Assembly: GCF_004010195.1 (NCBI RefSeq)
Contig: NC_057718.1
Location: 46,559,236-46,599,129 of the forward strand
Reading direction: 5' to 3'
DNA from: Chiloscyllium plagiosum
Taxonomy: Eukaryota
Length of the DNA stretch: 39,894 nucleotides
Shown: in pieces, positions 13,636 through 26,214 of the stretch
How the letters are laid out: each line of letters begins with the position of its first letter
Numbering within the stretch: the first letter of the stretch is position 1
Made by a program: the position numbers and the translations under genes
Notes under the pieces: generated by a model
Seen by the model: the letters and a program-made list of their open reading frames with translations, nothing else
Told to the model about the DNA's origin: nothing
The model's database searches: none

Positions 13636-15301
13636 ATCCTGTCCCTCAAGATTCCCTCCAACAACTTGCCCACCACCGAGGTCAGGCACACCGGTCTATA
13701 GTTCCCTGGCTTGTCTTTACCGCCCTTCTTAAACAGTGGCACCACGTTTGCCAACCTCCAGTCTTCCGGCACCTCATCTGTCACTATCGATGATACAAAT
13801 ATCTCTGCAAGAGGCCCAGCAATCACTTCTCTAGCTTACCACAGAGTTCTCGGGTACACCTGATCAGGTCCTGGGGTTTTATCCACCTTTAACCATTTCA
13901 AGACAGCCAGCACTTCCTCCTCTGTAATCTGGACATTTTGCAAGATGTCACCATCTATTTCCTTACAGTCTATATCTTCCATATCCTTTTCCACAGTAAA
14001 TACTGATGCAAAATATTCATTTAGTATCTCCCCCATTTTCTGTGGCTCCACACAAAGGCCGCCTTGCTGATCTTTGAGGGGCCCTATTCTCTCCCTAGTT
14101 ACCCTTTTATCCTTAATATATTTGTAAAAGCCTTTGGATTCTCCTTAATTCTATTTGCCAACACTATCTCATGTCCCCTTTTTGCCCTCCTGATTTCCCT
14201 CTTAAGTGTACTCTATTTTCTTTATACTTTTGTTAGGATTCACTCGATCTATCCTGTCTATACCTGACATATGCTTCCTTCTTTTTCTTAACCAAACCCT
14301 CAATTTCTTTAGTCATCCAGCATTCCCTATACCTACCAGCCAGCCATTTCACCCTGGCAGGAATATACTCACTCTGGATTCTTGTTATCTCATTTCTGAA
14401 GGCTTCCCATTTTCCAGCCATCCCTTTACCTGCGAACATCTGCCTCCAATCAGCTTTCGAAACTTCTTGCCTAATACCGTCAAAATTTGGCTTTTCTCCA
14501 CTTTTGAACATCAACTTTTAGATCTAGTCTATCCTTTTCCATCACTATTTTAAAACAAATAGAATTATGGTCGCTGGCCCCAAAGTGCTCCCCCACTGAC
14601 ACCTCAGTCACCTGCCCTGCCTTATTTCCCAAGAGTAGGTCAAGTTTTGCACCTTCTCTAGTAGGTACATCCACATACAGAATAATTTTCTGATTCAGTA
14701 CGCACTTAAGAAATTCCTCTCCATCTAAACCTTTAACACTATGGCAGTCCCAGTCGATGTTTGGAAAGTTAAAATCCTTGACCATAACTACCCTATTATT
14801 CTTACAGATAGCTGAGATCTCCTTACAACTTTGTTTCTCAATTTTCCTCTGACTGTTAGGGGGTCTATAATACAATCCCAATAAGGTGATCATCCCTTTC
14901 TTATTTCTCAGTTCCACCCAAATAATTGCTCTGGATGTATTTCTGGGAATATCCTCCCTTAGCACAGTGTAGTGCTATCCCTTATCAAAAAGGGCCACTC
15001 CCCTTCCTCTCTTGCCTCCCTTTCTATCTTTCCTGCAGCATTTGTATCCTGGAACATTAAGCTGCCAGTCCTGCCCATCCCTGAGCCATGTTTCTGTAAT
15101 TGCTGTGATATCTCAGTCCCATGTTCCTAACCATACCCCGAGTTCATCTGCCTTCCCTGTTAGGCCCCTTGCATTGAAATAAATGCAGCTTGATTTAATA
15201 GTCCTACCTTGTCCCTGCCTGCCCTGACTGTTTGACTCGTCTCTGTTCTCAACTGTACCAGTCTTAGATTGATCTCTTTCCTCACTATCTCCCTGGGTCC
15301 C

Positions 15302-15868
15302 NNNNNNNNNNNNNNNNNNNNNNNNNNNNNNNNNNNNNNNNNNNNNNNNNNNNNNNNNNNNNNNNNNNNNNNNNNNNNNNNNNNNNNNNNNNNNNNNNNN
15401 NNNNNNNNNNNNNNNNNNNNNNNNNNNNNNNNNNNNNNNNNNNNNNNNNNNNNNNNNNNNNNNNNNNNNNNNNNNNNNNNNNNNNNNNNNNNNNNNNNNN
15501 NNNNNNNNNNNNNNNNNNNNNNNNNNNNNNNNNNNNNNNNNNNNNNNNNNNNNNNNNNNNNNNNNNNNNNNNNNNNNNNNNNNNNNNNNNNNNNNNNNNN
15601 NNNNNNNNNNNNNNNNNNNNNNNNNNNNNNNNNNNNNNNNNNNNNNNNNNNNNNNNNNNNNNNNNNNNNNNNNNNNNNNNNNNNNNNNNNNNNNNNNNNN
15701 NNNNNNNNNNNNNNNNNNNNNNNNNNNNNNNNNNNNNNNNNNNNNNNNNNNNNNNNNNNNNNNNNNNNNNNNNNNNNNNNNNNNNNNNNNNNNNNNNNNN
15801 NNNNNNNNNNNNNNNNNNNNNNNNNNNNNNNNNNNNNNNNNNNNNNNNNNNNNNNNNNNNNNNNNNNN
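15302..15868. other. Assembly gap inside the CR1 ORF1
   Basis: Run of N. Confidence 1.
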
Positions 15869-16320
15869 CTGTTGCAAATTCCTCATCGCTTCTATCTGTC
15901 TCTCCAACCGATCCACTCGATCTGCTAAGATTCGCATCCAACAGCATTTATGGCAGATATAATCCGCAGTAACCCTTAAACTCTCTTTAAACTCCCACAT
16001 CTGACAAGAATTACATATCACTGCAAAGGCCATTTTTGCTCCTTCACAATCTACAGACCCAGAAAATAACACCATCTTATTCCTCTACAAAACACTGCAC
16101 CAGGTTAAATTAATAGCTATGGCTTATATTTTAAGTTTAAATCAAGAGACTTATCTCCAAAAACATATAATCAAGAAAGAACCCACTAATACAGCCTCTC
16201 TCTTGGACAGACTTAAAACAACAATTAACTTATCTGATTTTGTGTTGTGAACTTCACCCAAACCGGTTCCTCCAAGATTAGTTGTGAAATTCACATTCGC
16301 TGTTTGTTAACTTTGACTGA

Positions 16321-16447
16321 GGAGAAAGTGAGGACTGCATGTGCTGGAGCTCAGAGTCGAGTGTGTAGTGCTGGAAAAGCACAGCAGGTCAGGCAGCATC
16401 CGAGGAGCAAGAGAATCAACGTTTCGGGCATAAGCCCTTCATTAGGA
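16321..16447 (-). mobile_element. Single-arm family A element
   Basis: Tail plus one arm; the minus strand reads CTAATGAAGGGCTTATGCCCGAAACGTTGA. Confidence 0.85.
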
Positions 16448-16825
16448 AGGGGATGATTTACAATCAACTGCTTCTCAATAGGAAAGCATTATAAAACTAA
16501 TGATTTTAAACAAATGGTTATCACTTTTAGAAGGAACTAAATTTACAATGCCAAATTTGGGGCTTTTGTAGCTGGAGCAGGCAGTCTGTATTTTTTCATA
16601 CAGTTGCACATACAACATACTAAACTTCCATGACTAAGGATTTTCAAGATATCCACCTTCAAATGCAATCAAGACTATTTTCAGTTTGTTTTCATTTTAT
16701 TGTTATTTCTAATCTTTTATGCAGAATCCTTTCATGAAAATTAATTTTATCAGATGATATTTAAAATACTAAATCAGCCACAATATTGAATTCAGCAACA
16801 CAGTCAATGTTCAACAGCTGATTAC

Positions 16826-16861
16826 CTCCTGAACTTCTTCCGGATTTCTTCTTGAAACAAT
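16826..16861 (-). CDS. RPS6KC1: RPS6KC1 coding exon 2 (36 nt)
   Basis: Translates to IVSRRNPEEVQE (human VVSRRNPEDVQE). T-rich acceptor ending TAG, GTAAT donor, phase 0/0. Confidence 0.93.
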
Positions 16862-17409
16862 CTATTTTAAAAAAAACGAAATGGATCTGAGAAATGCCAT
16901 AAACCCAGTAGATTGTTAAACATCAAGCATCAATTAAATATTAATTTTCATACACTTGTAGGGATTCTGTGAATTAAGGAGGTTGTGTTCAAAATACATG
17001 ACTAGTTAGCAATTTTTGACTAGATTTGTAGCTCAAACTTACGTACTTTACTAGTCATTCATGATGCGGAACAGCACAACCTTATGTGGATGAACCCGTA
17101 CAATTACAGATAAGCAAATGACATGAATTTTAACTCAGCTGCAAAATTTAAATCAAGCTTATTATGGAATGTAACATTATAAATGACGTAATGCTGAAAT
17201 ACAATAACACGGAAACGCCAAAGCAAAAAAAAAACTGTGCTAAGGCAACACCAAGTGCTTTTGCCGAGTCTGAAACACAGTTAAAAAACGCTCTTCACAA
17301 CCAAATCCACCTTACTCTCCAACTGTTGAAACCAGAAATAAGTGAATTGTGTGACTTATTTCGGTCATTGCACAGATTGTTTTGCTGCAATATATGGCAG
17401 TAATATGTC

Positions 17410-17830
17410 AGGCAGCTGCACGCGCTCCCCAGGCCGGTGTTCGAATTGTCCCGGGCTCGTTCTCTTTTCGAACTCGGGCTGAAGCCGGTGCAGCGTCGCC
17501 CGGCTCGCGGCCAGGCTCCCCCACCGGCTGCAAACGGCTGCAAACAGCATCTCCCACCAAACCCCGAGACAGCCGGCCGCCCTTCCACCACCCACCCCAG
17601 GGCTCACACGACCAACTCACCCGCGCTGTCACTTTATAAACCGTGTAGCCTTTCCGGTGCCTCTTTGGATCGGTTATAGTGTAGAAGCGAACCAGGTCCC
17701 CTTTGTTTTTCTGTGGTAACATGATCTGTCAACCCCCAACCACTGCACCCGTACTCGGGTACTCTCTTTTTACATCATTTCCTCGTCCACTTATTCACAC
17801 CGCCTACTTCCTATACGTCTATTACGTGGC
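17410..17830 (-). promoter_or_regulatory. CpG-rich promoter / first exon-intron region of RPS6KC1
   Basis: Local GC/CpG enrichment around exon 1 against an AT-rich background. An ETS-like AGGAAGT and an ACGTAAT motif lie on the minus strand at about 17806-17826. The TSS was not determined. Confidence 0.65.
17621..17722 (-). CDS. RPS6KC1: RPS6KC1 (ribosomal protein S6 kinase delta-1) coding exon 1, start of the PX domain
   Basis: Translates to MLPQKNKGDLVRFYTITDPKRHRKGYTVYKVTAR, matching the RPS6KC1 N-terminus (DLARFYTVTEPQRHPRGYTVYKVTAR) better than SNX15. Followed by a GTGAGT donor at 17620-17615, phase 0. Confidence 0.93.
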
Positions 17831-17939
17831 CTTTCCATGTGGAGAGTAGTTTTCATTGTTATAAATGTTCAGTTCTCTATGTCTTCAGCTTCAGTTTGGA
17901 TAAATCCGATTTTAAAATTTGCAATCTAGATAATTATAG

Positions 17940-18034
17940 AGTTAAAATTACACAACACCAGGTTTAATTGGAAGCACACTAGCTTTCGGAGCGACGCTCT
18001 TTCATCAGGTTATAGTCAAATCATCTCCAAATCA
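17940..18034 (-). mobile_element. Short family B Penelope-derived insertion in the RPS6KC1 promoter region
   Basis: Similar to the 37.2/39.2-kb Penelope terminal repeat (CACAACACCAGGTT..GCTTTCGGAG..TTCATCAGG). 13-bp TSD TAGATAATTATAG at 17927-17939 and 18035-18047. Confidence 0.88.
17979..18008 (-). ncRNA. Minimal hammerhead ribozyme core
   Basis: CTGATGA-AA-GAGC(GTC)GCTC-C-GAAA-GC-TA; stem I is weak (about 2 bp). Confidence 0.5.
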
Positions 18035-18314
18035 TAGATAATTATAGTTCACAGTCTCGATTTGTTTGTGTGCAGAGCGGAATATCTACAAAGTGGCACC
18101 AGCGCAGATTGAATACTGCTGTCCGTGTAGTTGCACTTTCATAGCTCGGTTGTTTTCTCCAGGTCGTGCTTCTCTATGCAAGTGATAAAATGTTTAGTTA
18201 TGATCCTATCTCTTTGCTACTACTGGACAAGTCAGACCTCAGAATGAAACCTGCCTTGACGTATCTTTAACTGTATGTTTAATTATTTCTGTTTACTTAG
18301 TTAACGTGGTGGCC

Positions 18315-18780
18315 TGTCATACAGCACGGAAACAGATCCTTCAGTCCAACTCCATGCCGACCAGATATTCTACATTACGTAATCTAGTCCCATTTGCCAG
18401 CATTTGATCCATATCCCTCGAAACCCTTCCTAATCATACAAGCATGTTGTAATTATCACCACATTCACTATTTCCTGGCAACTTATTCTACACACAAGCC
18501 ACCCTCTGCTTGAAAAAAGTTACCACTCAGATCCTTTTTTAAATAATTACCCTCTCACCTTAACCTTTTGCACTCTAATTTTGGACTTTCCCAGCATAGG
18601 AAAAGGATCTTGGCTATCCAGGACCCTAGCCATGACCCTTATGATTTTATAAGGTCACCCCTCAGCCTCCGATGCTCCAACCTATTCAGCTTCTCCCTGT
18701 AAACCAAATCCTGCAGTCCCAGCAACATCCTTGTAAATCTTTTCTGGACCCTCTCAAGTTTAATAATTTCTTTCTTATAG
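18315..18780 (-). mobile_element. CR1 3' fragment
   Basis: Collinear with 12420-12950 (3' UTR and RT C-terminus) but more diverged. Confidence 0.85.
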
Positions 18781-18979
18781 AAGTCACTGAAGCATATTCA
18801 CAAAACAGCAGAGATCATTAACAACAGAACATATATTTATTACTTAAATGAAAGAAAACAAGCAGCATACATTAGGAAAATCTTAACACACACATTAAAA
18901 CAAAGTTCCACTCTGTTTCCAAACATTATCCATGCCATAGACGGAAATTCAGAGAAATTATATTCGTACTTATTAAATT

Positions 18980-21900
18980 TTATTTTTTATATCTTTATTG
19001 AGAAAATTTTTCTTTACAAAATTATAAAATTACAAAAATAAAACAATTTAAAATTATGACAACAATTATAATGAAACAAACTACTACTCTATGAAACAAA
19101 TCAAAACTACACTCACTACAAATCTATAAATAAATAAATAAATAAAGCCACTCGGTGCAACCACACCAAAGCTCCCGATCTTCGGGTAGCATTAATTAGT
19201 ACTCCCGTATTTATTCGGAATTCTTCCTCCCAGGGCACAAGGCTCATTAAACCTGATCATCACTGCTAAACAAATGCCCTAACTAAAATGGCAGACGAGT
19301 CCGCATCCAGGTAATTCACAAAGGGCTGCCATTTCTAATAAAATAGTTCCATTTTATGGTGCACCATGTTTGTGAGGAAATCCAAAGGGATGTGTTCCAC
19401 AATTAACTTACGCCACCCCAACAGGCCCAGAGGGATCTCAAACACCCAGCTCATCAAAATGGTCTTCCTCGCACAGTAAGTGAGTATGTCAAATAGCTTT
19501 TTCCTATGTGCGTCTAAGGAAGATAAATTCAGCAAGCCCAAGAGAAGAGAGACCGGGTCCACCTTCACTTCGGTCCCCAAGACCCTCTCTATTACTCCTG
19601 CCACAGCACTTCCGTACCTATGAAGCTTGTGGCATGTCCACAAACAATGAGTGAGGGTACCTATGCTAATTTGCACTTGGGACACATTGGAGAGGCTCCC
19701 TTTTTGACTTTCACAAGACAATCTGGGGCCAAATGAATCCTATAACGAACCTTCAACTGCATGGCGTGTGTTGTGTTACAGATCGAGATCTTTCTCGCGT
19801 TCTTCCAAATGTCCTCCCAAGTCTCTGAGATGATCTTCACTCCCAACTCTTGTTCCCAGACCTAATAAAGTCGCTCAATGTCATTTGAGGCACCGCCCCC
19901 CAGTAGATGGTAGAGAGTACTAACCGAGAGTGTGCTTGTGGCATGAAGCACTCTCCTCTCTGTCAGAAATACAGGGGTTGGTCAATAGCGTAGTTTATTT
20001 TGGGATAAAGTCCTTAACCTGAAGCAACAAAAAAGATCTCTGCTGGGCAATCCATAGCTGCGGCTCACTTGGTGGAAGGGCATCATGACCTGCCTCTCAA
20101 ACAGGTCTCCCAAACAGGAGACTCCCCAAGTTGCCCACCATTTGAATCCAGGGTCCATCATCTTTGGCCGGAATCACAGTGTACCAACTATATGGGTAAG
20201 AAAGGAGGTTTTAAATAAACTGCCCTTGCTCTGTCGCATTGCTCTCCATGCTTTGACTGTATTAATAATGATTGGATTCCGACAGTATTCCATAACTGTC
20301 CTCATCCATAAACAACAGACGAGTAAAGGGGCACTTTGTCTGGGAGTCCTCAATATCCAACCATACTGATCTCAGGTCCTCACAAGCCCAGTCAATCATG
20401 AAGGACAGAAGGGAGCTTAGTTGGTATCTCTTAATATCCAGAAAGTCTACTCCCCCAACCCTTGGGGTAACTGCAATTTGGCAAGTTTAGTGAGAGGCCA
20501 CCTGTGACACCAAGATATCAAATAAAAGAACTAAGCCAACCAGTGAGTCTCCACAATGTTTGCCTGGGAAACATCAGAGGGAGAATTCGCATGGGATATA
20601 ACAGACGAGGAAGGACATTCATTTTGAGAAGGACTATTCGACCTAAGCAAGAGATTGGAAGGGCCTTCTTTGAAGGTCTTGTCTAATCTTGTCAAGCAAG
20701 TGAGCAAAGTTAGCCTTAAATAATTGATCAAAGGTGGGAGTAACAAAAATACCTAAGCAAAGAGAACTCCCGCGACCATTTAAAGGGGAATCATAATTCA
20801 CCTTCACTATCAGGTATTCCCTTAAGACCCCCACTGGCATAGCCCACTGCCAGGGCAGCTATGTTAGGGTCCTTATGGATAGCCTGTGCCAGTGGCTCAA
20901 TCACCGTGTAAACAGTAGTGGTGAAGGAGGACAACCTTGCCTATTGCTCCTACCAATATTGAAATGATTGGATCTTATACCATTGGTGAGAATCGCAGCC
21001 AGTGGGTCACTATACAGGACTTCCACTCATCTGACAAAGACCTCATCTAGACCAAACCATTCCAGAGTATAAAAAAGATATGGCCACTCCACCTGATTGA
21101 ATGCTTTCTCTGCATCTAAAGAGATGCTGACACACTTGGACCATATTCAGTAATCTTCTAAAATTATTAGAGGACCTTTACGGCCCTTTATAAAATCTGT
21201 CTGGTCCTCCTTAAGAATACAGAGCAACACCTTCTCCAATTGCAACACAAGTGTCTTAGATAAAATTTTAAAGTCCAAATTTAACAGTGAAACGGATTTA
21301 TACGAAGCACAGTCCTCCGGGATCTTCCTTGAGAATGCAAGAGCTGTTATCCTCTCTAGGGAATGGCGGGACTCAGTCATGACTGTATGATTGGTTGTAC
21401 ATGTCCAGCATTGGCCCTGACAGGAAATTTGTAAATTCTTTGTAGAAATCACTCAGGAGACCATCAGGGCCGGGCGCCTTCCCACTTTGGAGCTGTCTTA
21501 CTGCTTCCTGTATCTCTTGCACTATCAAGGAGGCATTAAGAAGAGACGCCTGTTCTGAGGTCAAACCTGGAAGATCCAGGTTCTTAAAAAAAGACTTCAT
21601 CTTAGCCCATCTGTCCTCACAGCATTCCAACCGATATAGCTCAGAGTAAAAACTCCAAAATGCTGCATTGATCCTTTTAGAGTCACATGTAAGAATCCAA
21701 TGCCTTCTCTAATTGATGTAATGGTGTTCTTTTTCCTAGCCAGATATGCCAGGTATTTGCCTGGCTTATTGCCGTGCTCAAACAGCCTTTGTTTCACAAA
21801 ACAGAGTTCTCTCTTCGCTGTCTGAGTGAGCACGGAGTTCAAAGCAACCCGGAGAGCTGTGATTCGCTGAAACTTAGTCACCGATGGCCTATCAAAATAT

Positions 21901-24401
21901 GTTGTCTCGGCTGCCTTCACCCAGACCTCGAGCAGATGTTGCTGCTCTCCCTTCTTTGCTTCTGGCTAGCCAAATTAGAGATAACTATCCCCCTATCATA
22001 GGCCTTAGCAGTCTCCCAGAGTATAGACAGATCACTAGCCGTACCTGAATTGATATCCAAGGACGCCTTAAACTCAACTCGAGAAGTATTCAACAAACTT
22101 ACTGTCCTTAAGAATGAAAGGATCAATTCACCAATGCCATGAACCTGTTCCGTTACCCTTAATCTCAACCTCCAAATATACTGCCGCCTGATCAGAAATG
22201 GCTATCTTTCCAATTGTACAGGACCACCAAATCCAGAAAAACCAAGGTAGCTAGAAAAAGGTCAATCCTGGTGTGACACTTGTGTGGATTAGAGAAAAAG
22301 GTGAAGTCCCTAGCCGTATGGTGGGGACATCCCCAAACGTCCACCAGCCCCAATTCCACACATAAATAAACTAATTGCTTGGACTGTGGAGAGATATTTG
22401 GGGGACCTTTGGGCATTCTATCCACTGTGGGGTTCACTATTAAAATTCCCCCCAATGATAATATGTCGCTTTCCAAGGACAAACAACTTAGAAAGTGCAT
22501 GAGTCAGGAACCTGAGGAGGTATGCCAGGGGGCAGTAAACATTTGGGATATCAAACCCTTCACCATGAATTAAAGCTTTAAGAATTGCAAACCACCCATA
22601 TTCATCTTTAGCTTGATTTAATAACTTAAATGGGAGACTCTTCTGGACCAGTATGGCCAGTCTCCTGTTCTTAGTGTTAAAAGACGATAAAAACACCCGA
22701 TCAAACCCACCTTGCTGTAACTTTAGGTGTTCCTTATCATCAAGATGGGTTTTTTGCAACAGGGCAATATCAACCCCCTCCCTCCTGAGACTTGAAAGTA
22801 CTTTTTCTCTCTTGACCGGCGAGTGATTCCCCTTAATATCTCAGGTGCACCATTTGAGGAGACACTTAGCCATATCCCTCATAACAACTCTTGAACCCCC
22901 GAGAGGAAGAACCCTACTCACAACTCTCTGTGTAAATAAATGAAGACTCATAGAGTCTAAAAAATATACACACTAAAGCTACATTAACAAAACTTTCAAA
23001 AACTGCCTCTACTAAAAACCAACAAACTAAACCAATTACAACATACAAAAACCATTCGATGGGAGACTCTTCCCCCCTGCCTACAGGGGGCATTTAGACT
23101 ATCCGCATACACCTCCTTAACTCCTTCCAGCTTGAGCCGCACCCCAAACTCAGGCGAAGGATAAACAACAAAAATAGGCATTATGGACAAGGAAGTTAAA
23201 AGTGGGCACTTCGCTCATCCACACCCTATATTGACCTCAATTATCATTGTAAAAAAAACAACACTTTTTGCATTAAAATAATAAAGACAAAGGAGAAGTA
23301 CACGAGGTAGAGAATAAAAGGGAAAAGAAAAGAGAACCATTATTGTCCATGTCGTTTGGAACATCCGGTCTATTTCAAAGTGTCCAAAAAGTTCTTTGCT
23401 TTTTCTGAAGAATCAAGTATATTCATGGACCCTTCGTGATTAAAACAGAGCACGCCACGTACCTGATGGAATATTGAATATCCAGATCCCTCACTCTCTT
23501 CTTCACCTCATCAAAGGACTTTTTCTTATAGGACCATGGCCGCAGAAAAGTCCTGAAAAACATAAATTTTGATCCTTAATAAACCAGGGCCTTGGACCCT
23601 TTCCCAGTGACCTGGAGGCTTCCATTACCTTTTCTTTGTCCCTATAGGACTGGAATCGCACTAAGACTGGGCAGGGGCGCTGGTCTGAACCGGGCCTGCG
23701 CACCGCCACCCAGTGAGCTCTTTCAACACGCACCCAAACTGCCTCAGCCTCCCAGCCCAGAAATCGCAGCAGCCATTCTTCGAGAAAACTGGTTGGCTGC
23801 TCGCCTTCCTCTCACTCCAGCAGCCCGACTACCGGGGTGTTTTGTCTTCGACCTCGATTCTCAATGTCATCGACCTGGTATACTAAGGCCCGTACTTGCT
23901 TCTCCAAGGCCTAGATATGTACCACCAAGGACTCAGCCACGGTCTCTGATGTCGCTGTTCACTGCTTGACCTCCTCCACTCGCTTCCCAAGACTCTGCAA
24001 CTCCTGCTCATACTTCTGCAGCAGAGCCGAGATCAGTTGCAGCCTGGCGCAACTCTGTTCAATCAATGTCTCAATCTTTTCCCAAAGTTTTGCAAACTCC
24101 GCTGCAAGGCTTTGTTGAGTAGGTGAGTCCATGAGGAATTCTGAGGAGGCTGCAGTTACGGCTATGGGCATGTTCAATGCTGCAGGGGGGGTATCCTGTA
24201 TGTTGTGATTTATTCTGTCCTTTGCCTCTAGTCATCTTGCCTTACTTAAAAAAAAGGTGTGTAGCAACTATACTAATATTAAACTATCGATTTTCTTCAA
24301 AATAGCTCAGTTGGGGAGGAGAGAAGCACCATTTCACCTGCGTTATGGTCCAGAGCTCAACAAGGCAGACCTGTTACATCGCTGCCATTTTGGATCCCCC
24401 C
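18980..24401 (-). mobile_element. Near-full-length decayed L1-clade LINE (copy 1)
   Basis: 5' end GGGGGGATCCAAAATGGCAGCG. ORF1 remnant at about 24235-23370 (VERAH..RP.PVLVRFQSYRDKEKVM). ORF2 remnant at about 22873-19266, with APE endonuclease (RIDLF), GKAPGPDG and C-terminal MCPKC..HCLWTC. AATAAA and an A-rich tail at about 18980-19000. Many stops and frameshifts. Confidence 0.93.
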
Positions 24402-25179
24402 TTTTTAATTTTCTAATTAACTGATTCCTTCCAGTTTCTCTCTTTTGACACTATTTTGCAATTCCTCTCTGAATCTGATGACAACATTTCATAATTCTAA
24501 TATTCCATATGTTTTCAATTCCAACAACTGAGGACAGTCTCTCCTAGTTTGCGAACTTTGCAAACTAGTCAAAAACACTGTTGCTGCCATTACTAGTTTC
24601 CTCTGAACTGAGCTGAGCTAAAACCTGCTCAGAGAGAAAAGAACACTTGCTTCTGAACGTATCCCTTAATCCTGCTCAAACGGTGACTTTTGAACTTAAA
24701 ACTGAACTAATGGCCTAACGTCTTAACACTGTCTTTCATAATGTTTTATTTCATTAACACTCCAGGAGGTGTTCTCAGGCTCTGCTTGCAGTCACTTATC
24801 TTTTTGGAACTGACACATTTCGGTCACTGTTCCAGAATTACTTCCTGACCAAAATCTCCACAGCACTAACCCACATCCACTTGCTTTTTAAAAGCAATCC
24901 AAATTTCAAAACATAATACATTTTACACAGCATTCATCACAGTTTCATCAAGCAATATTTCAGCCCAAGTAAAATGAATTAAAATGTACAAGAGCAGCAA
25001 GTAAAGACAATCTTCTGGATATAACAAAATCACATGGTGGTGATTTCTAAAAAGCCAGAAAAACTTGTAAGGCAGAGAAATCCAAAGAAAAATGTTGTGG
25101 TTTTGCTCTAACCATTGGGGATTAAAAATACAGAAAGTATTCATGAATTTGAGCTATTGGACATATTAACTTAGATTAT

Positions 25180-26150
25180 CATAATTAGGCAAAATAACTG
25201 CAGGATTATGAAAGAAAGCCATGTTTGACAGATCTGTCAGCTTCTGACATTGGAACAAGCAAGCTAGAGAACAAGGAGATTGGTACATATGGCATATGGA
25301 TTTTCTAAAAGCATTTGACAAGATAGCACATGAGAGGCTGTTACAAAAGAGCTTGTGGGATGGAAGATATTAATATATTAGCATGGATTGAGGATATAAT
25401 AGATAGCTTTCAGGGATGGCAGGTAACCAGCAATGTACCACAAAGATCAGAGTTGATGTTATGATTCCCAGTAGAAATCAGTAATCTGAAAAGAAATTCC
25501 AGAATACAGCACTGGTGAAAGGAATCAATGGACAATTACTGGATAGACATACCTCCTTGATGGAGACAAATAATCAGGGCGAGATGAAATGAATCCTACG
25601 CTATTACAGAAGTAATGCTAGACACTAGTTAGGCCCCAGCAAGAGCTTTGTGTATAATTCTGGTCACCAATTTACAGCAAGAACATAATTGCTGTAGGGA
25701 AAGTATTGAGGAGATTTAAAAGAATGTTTCCATGGCTTGAAAATTTCAGCCATGAGGAAATATTGATCTGACTAAGGTTTTTTTCCCTTGAGAAGATTGG
25801 ATAGAGCGGATAGGGAAGACCCCTTGTAGACAGGGAAGACCCCTTGTAGAGAGGCTAATTACAATGAGGTACTGATTGGTCAGAGGATTAGCTGGCATAT
25901 ATGGAAAAACCTTTTCACCAAGAGGACGGTGGGTGTCTAGAATTCACTGTGCAGTTTGGTGATTGATGTGGAAAACCTCAAGTCATTTAGAAGGAACTTA
26001 GATCTGCACCTGAAGAAGTGTAATCTGCAAGGCTACAGACCAGGTGTTGGAAAGTGGGCTTGGAACGATTGGCTAGTTTATTCAGCCAATGCAGACAGGA
26101 ATGGCTGAATGGCCTCTTTCTGTGCTTTAACGTTCCTTTGGCTCTATGAT
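25180..26150 (+). mobile_element. Degraded CR1 fragment with internal deletions
   Basis: DFxKAFDK remnant, LVRPQQELCV*FWSP, FTKRTVGV*NSL, and a CR1 3' tail (CTCTATGATT). Confidence 0.8.
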
Positions 26151-26214
26151 TTAATTTCTTAAAGCTTTTATTGTTACAGTAAAATCTAAAATCAATATAA
26201 AATCAAGCATAAAA

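Larger units (their letters stand above)
12420..16315 (-). mobile_element. Near-full-length CR1 LINE (ORF1, APE endonuclease, RT) spanning two assembly gaps
   Basis: ORF1 N-terminus CNSC..YICHKC; endonuclease motifs YFNARGL, YYRPPN, DFNFP, SDH; PGPDQ; VPEDWRLANVVPLFKKG..NYRPV; C-terminal [15 protein letters not shown] and FFTQRVVRVWNELP; CR1 3' UTR. Confidence 0.95.

Noticed and set aside
12645..16075. Long ORFs of 197-382 aa
   Set aside because: Their length comes from N runs; the real parts are CR1.
17408..17620. Remainder of the 104-aa ORF and overlapping GC-rich ORFs
   Set aside because: Read-through past the exon 1 GTGAGT donor into GC-rich intron; no recognisable protein.
17621..17722. 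SNX15 as an alternative gene identity
   Set aside because: GYTVYKVTAR, SRRNPE and KELWQ..LFPPFAKG match RPS6KC1 rather than SNX15.
18060..18300. Divergent gene or lncRNA exon (plus-strand TTTTCTCCAG acceptor at about 18162)
   Set aside because: No supporting ORF or donor, and no recognisable neighbour-gene exon.
18970..24412. TSD for L1 copy 1 (TTATTAAATTTT vs TTTTTAATTTT)
   Set aside because: Low-complexity and mismatched, so it cannot be distinguished from chance.
18780..24920. Possible solo LTR (18780-18970 plus 24420-24920) split by L1 copy 1
   Set aside because: An LTR-like end (ATAATACA) and a minus-strand AATAAA are present, but I found no clear other terminus or TSD.
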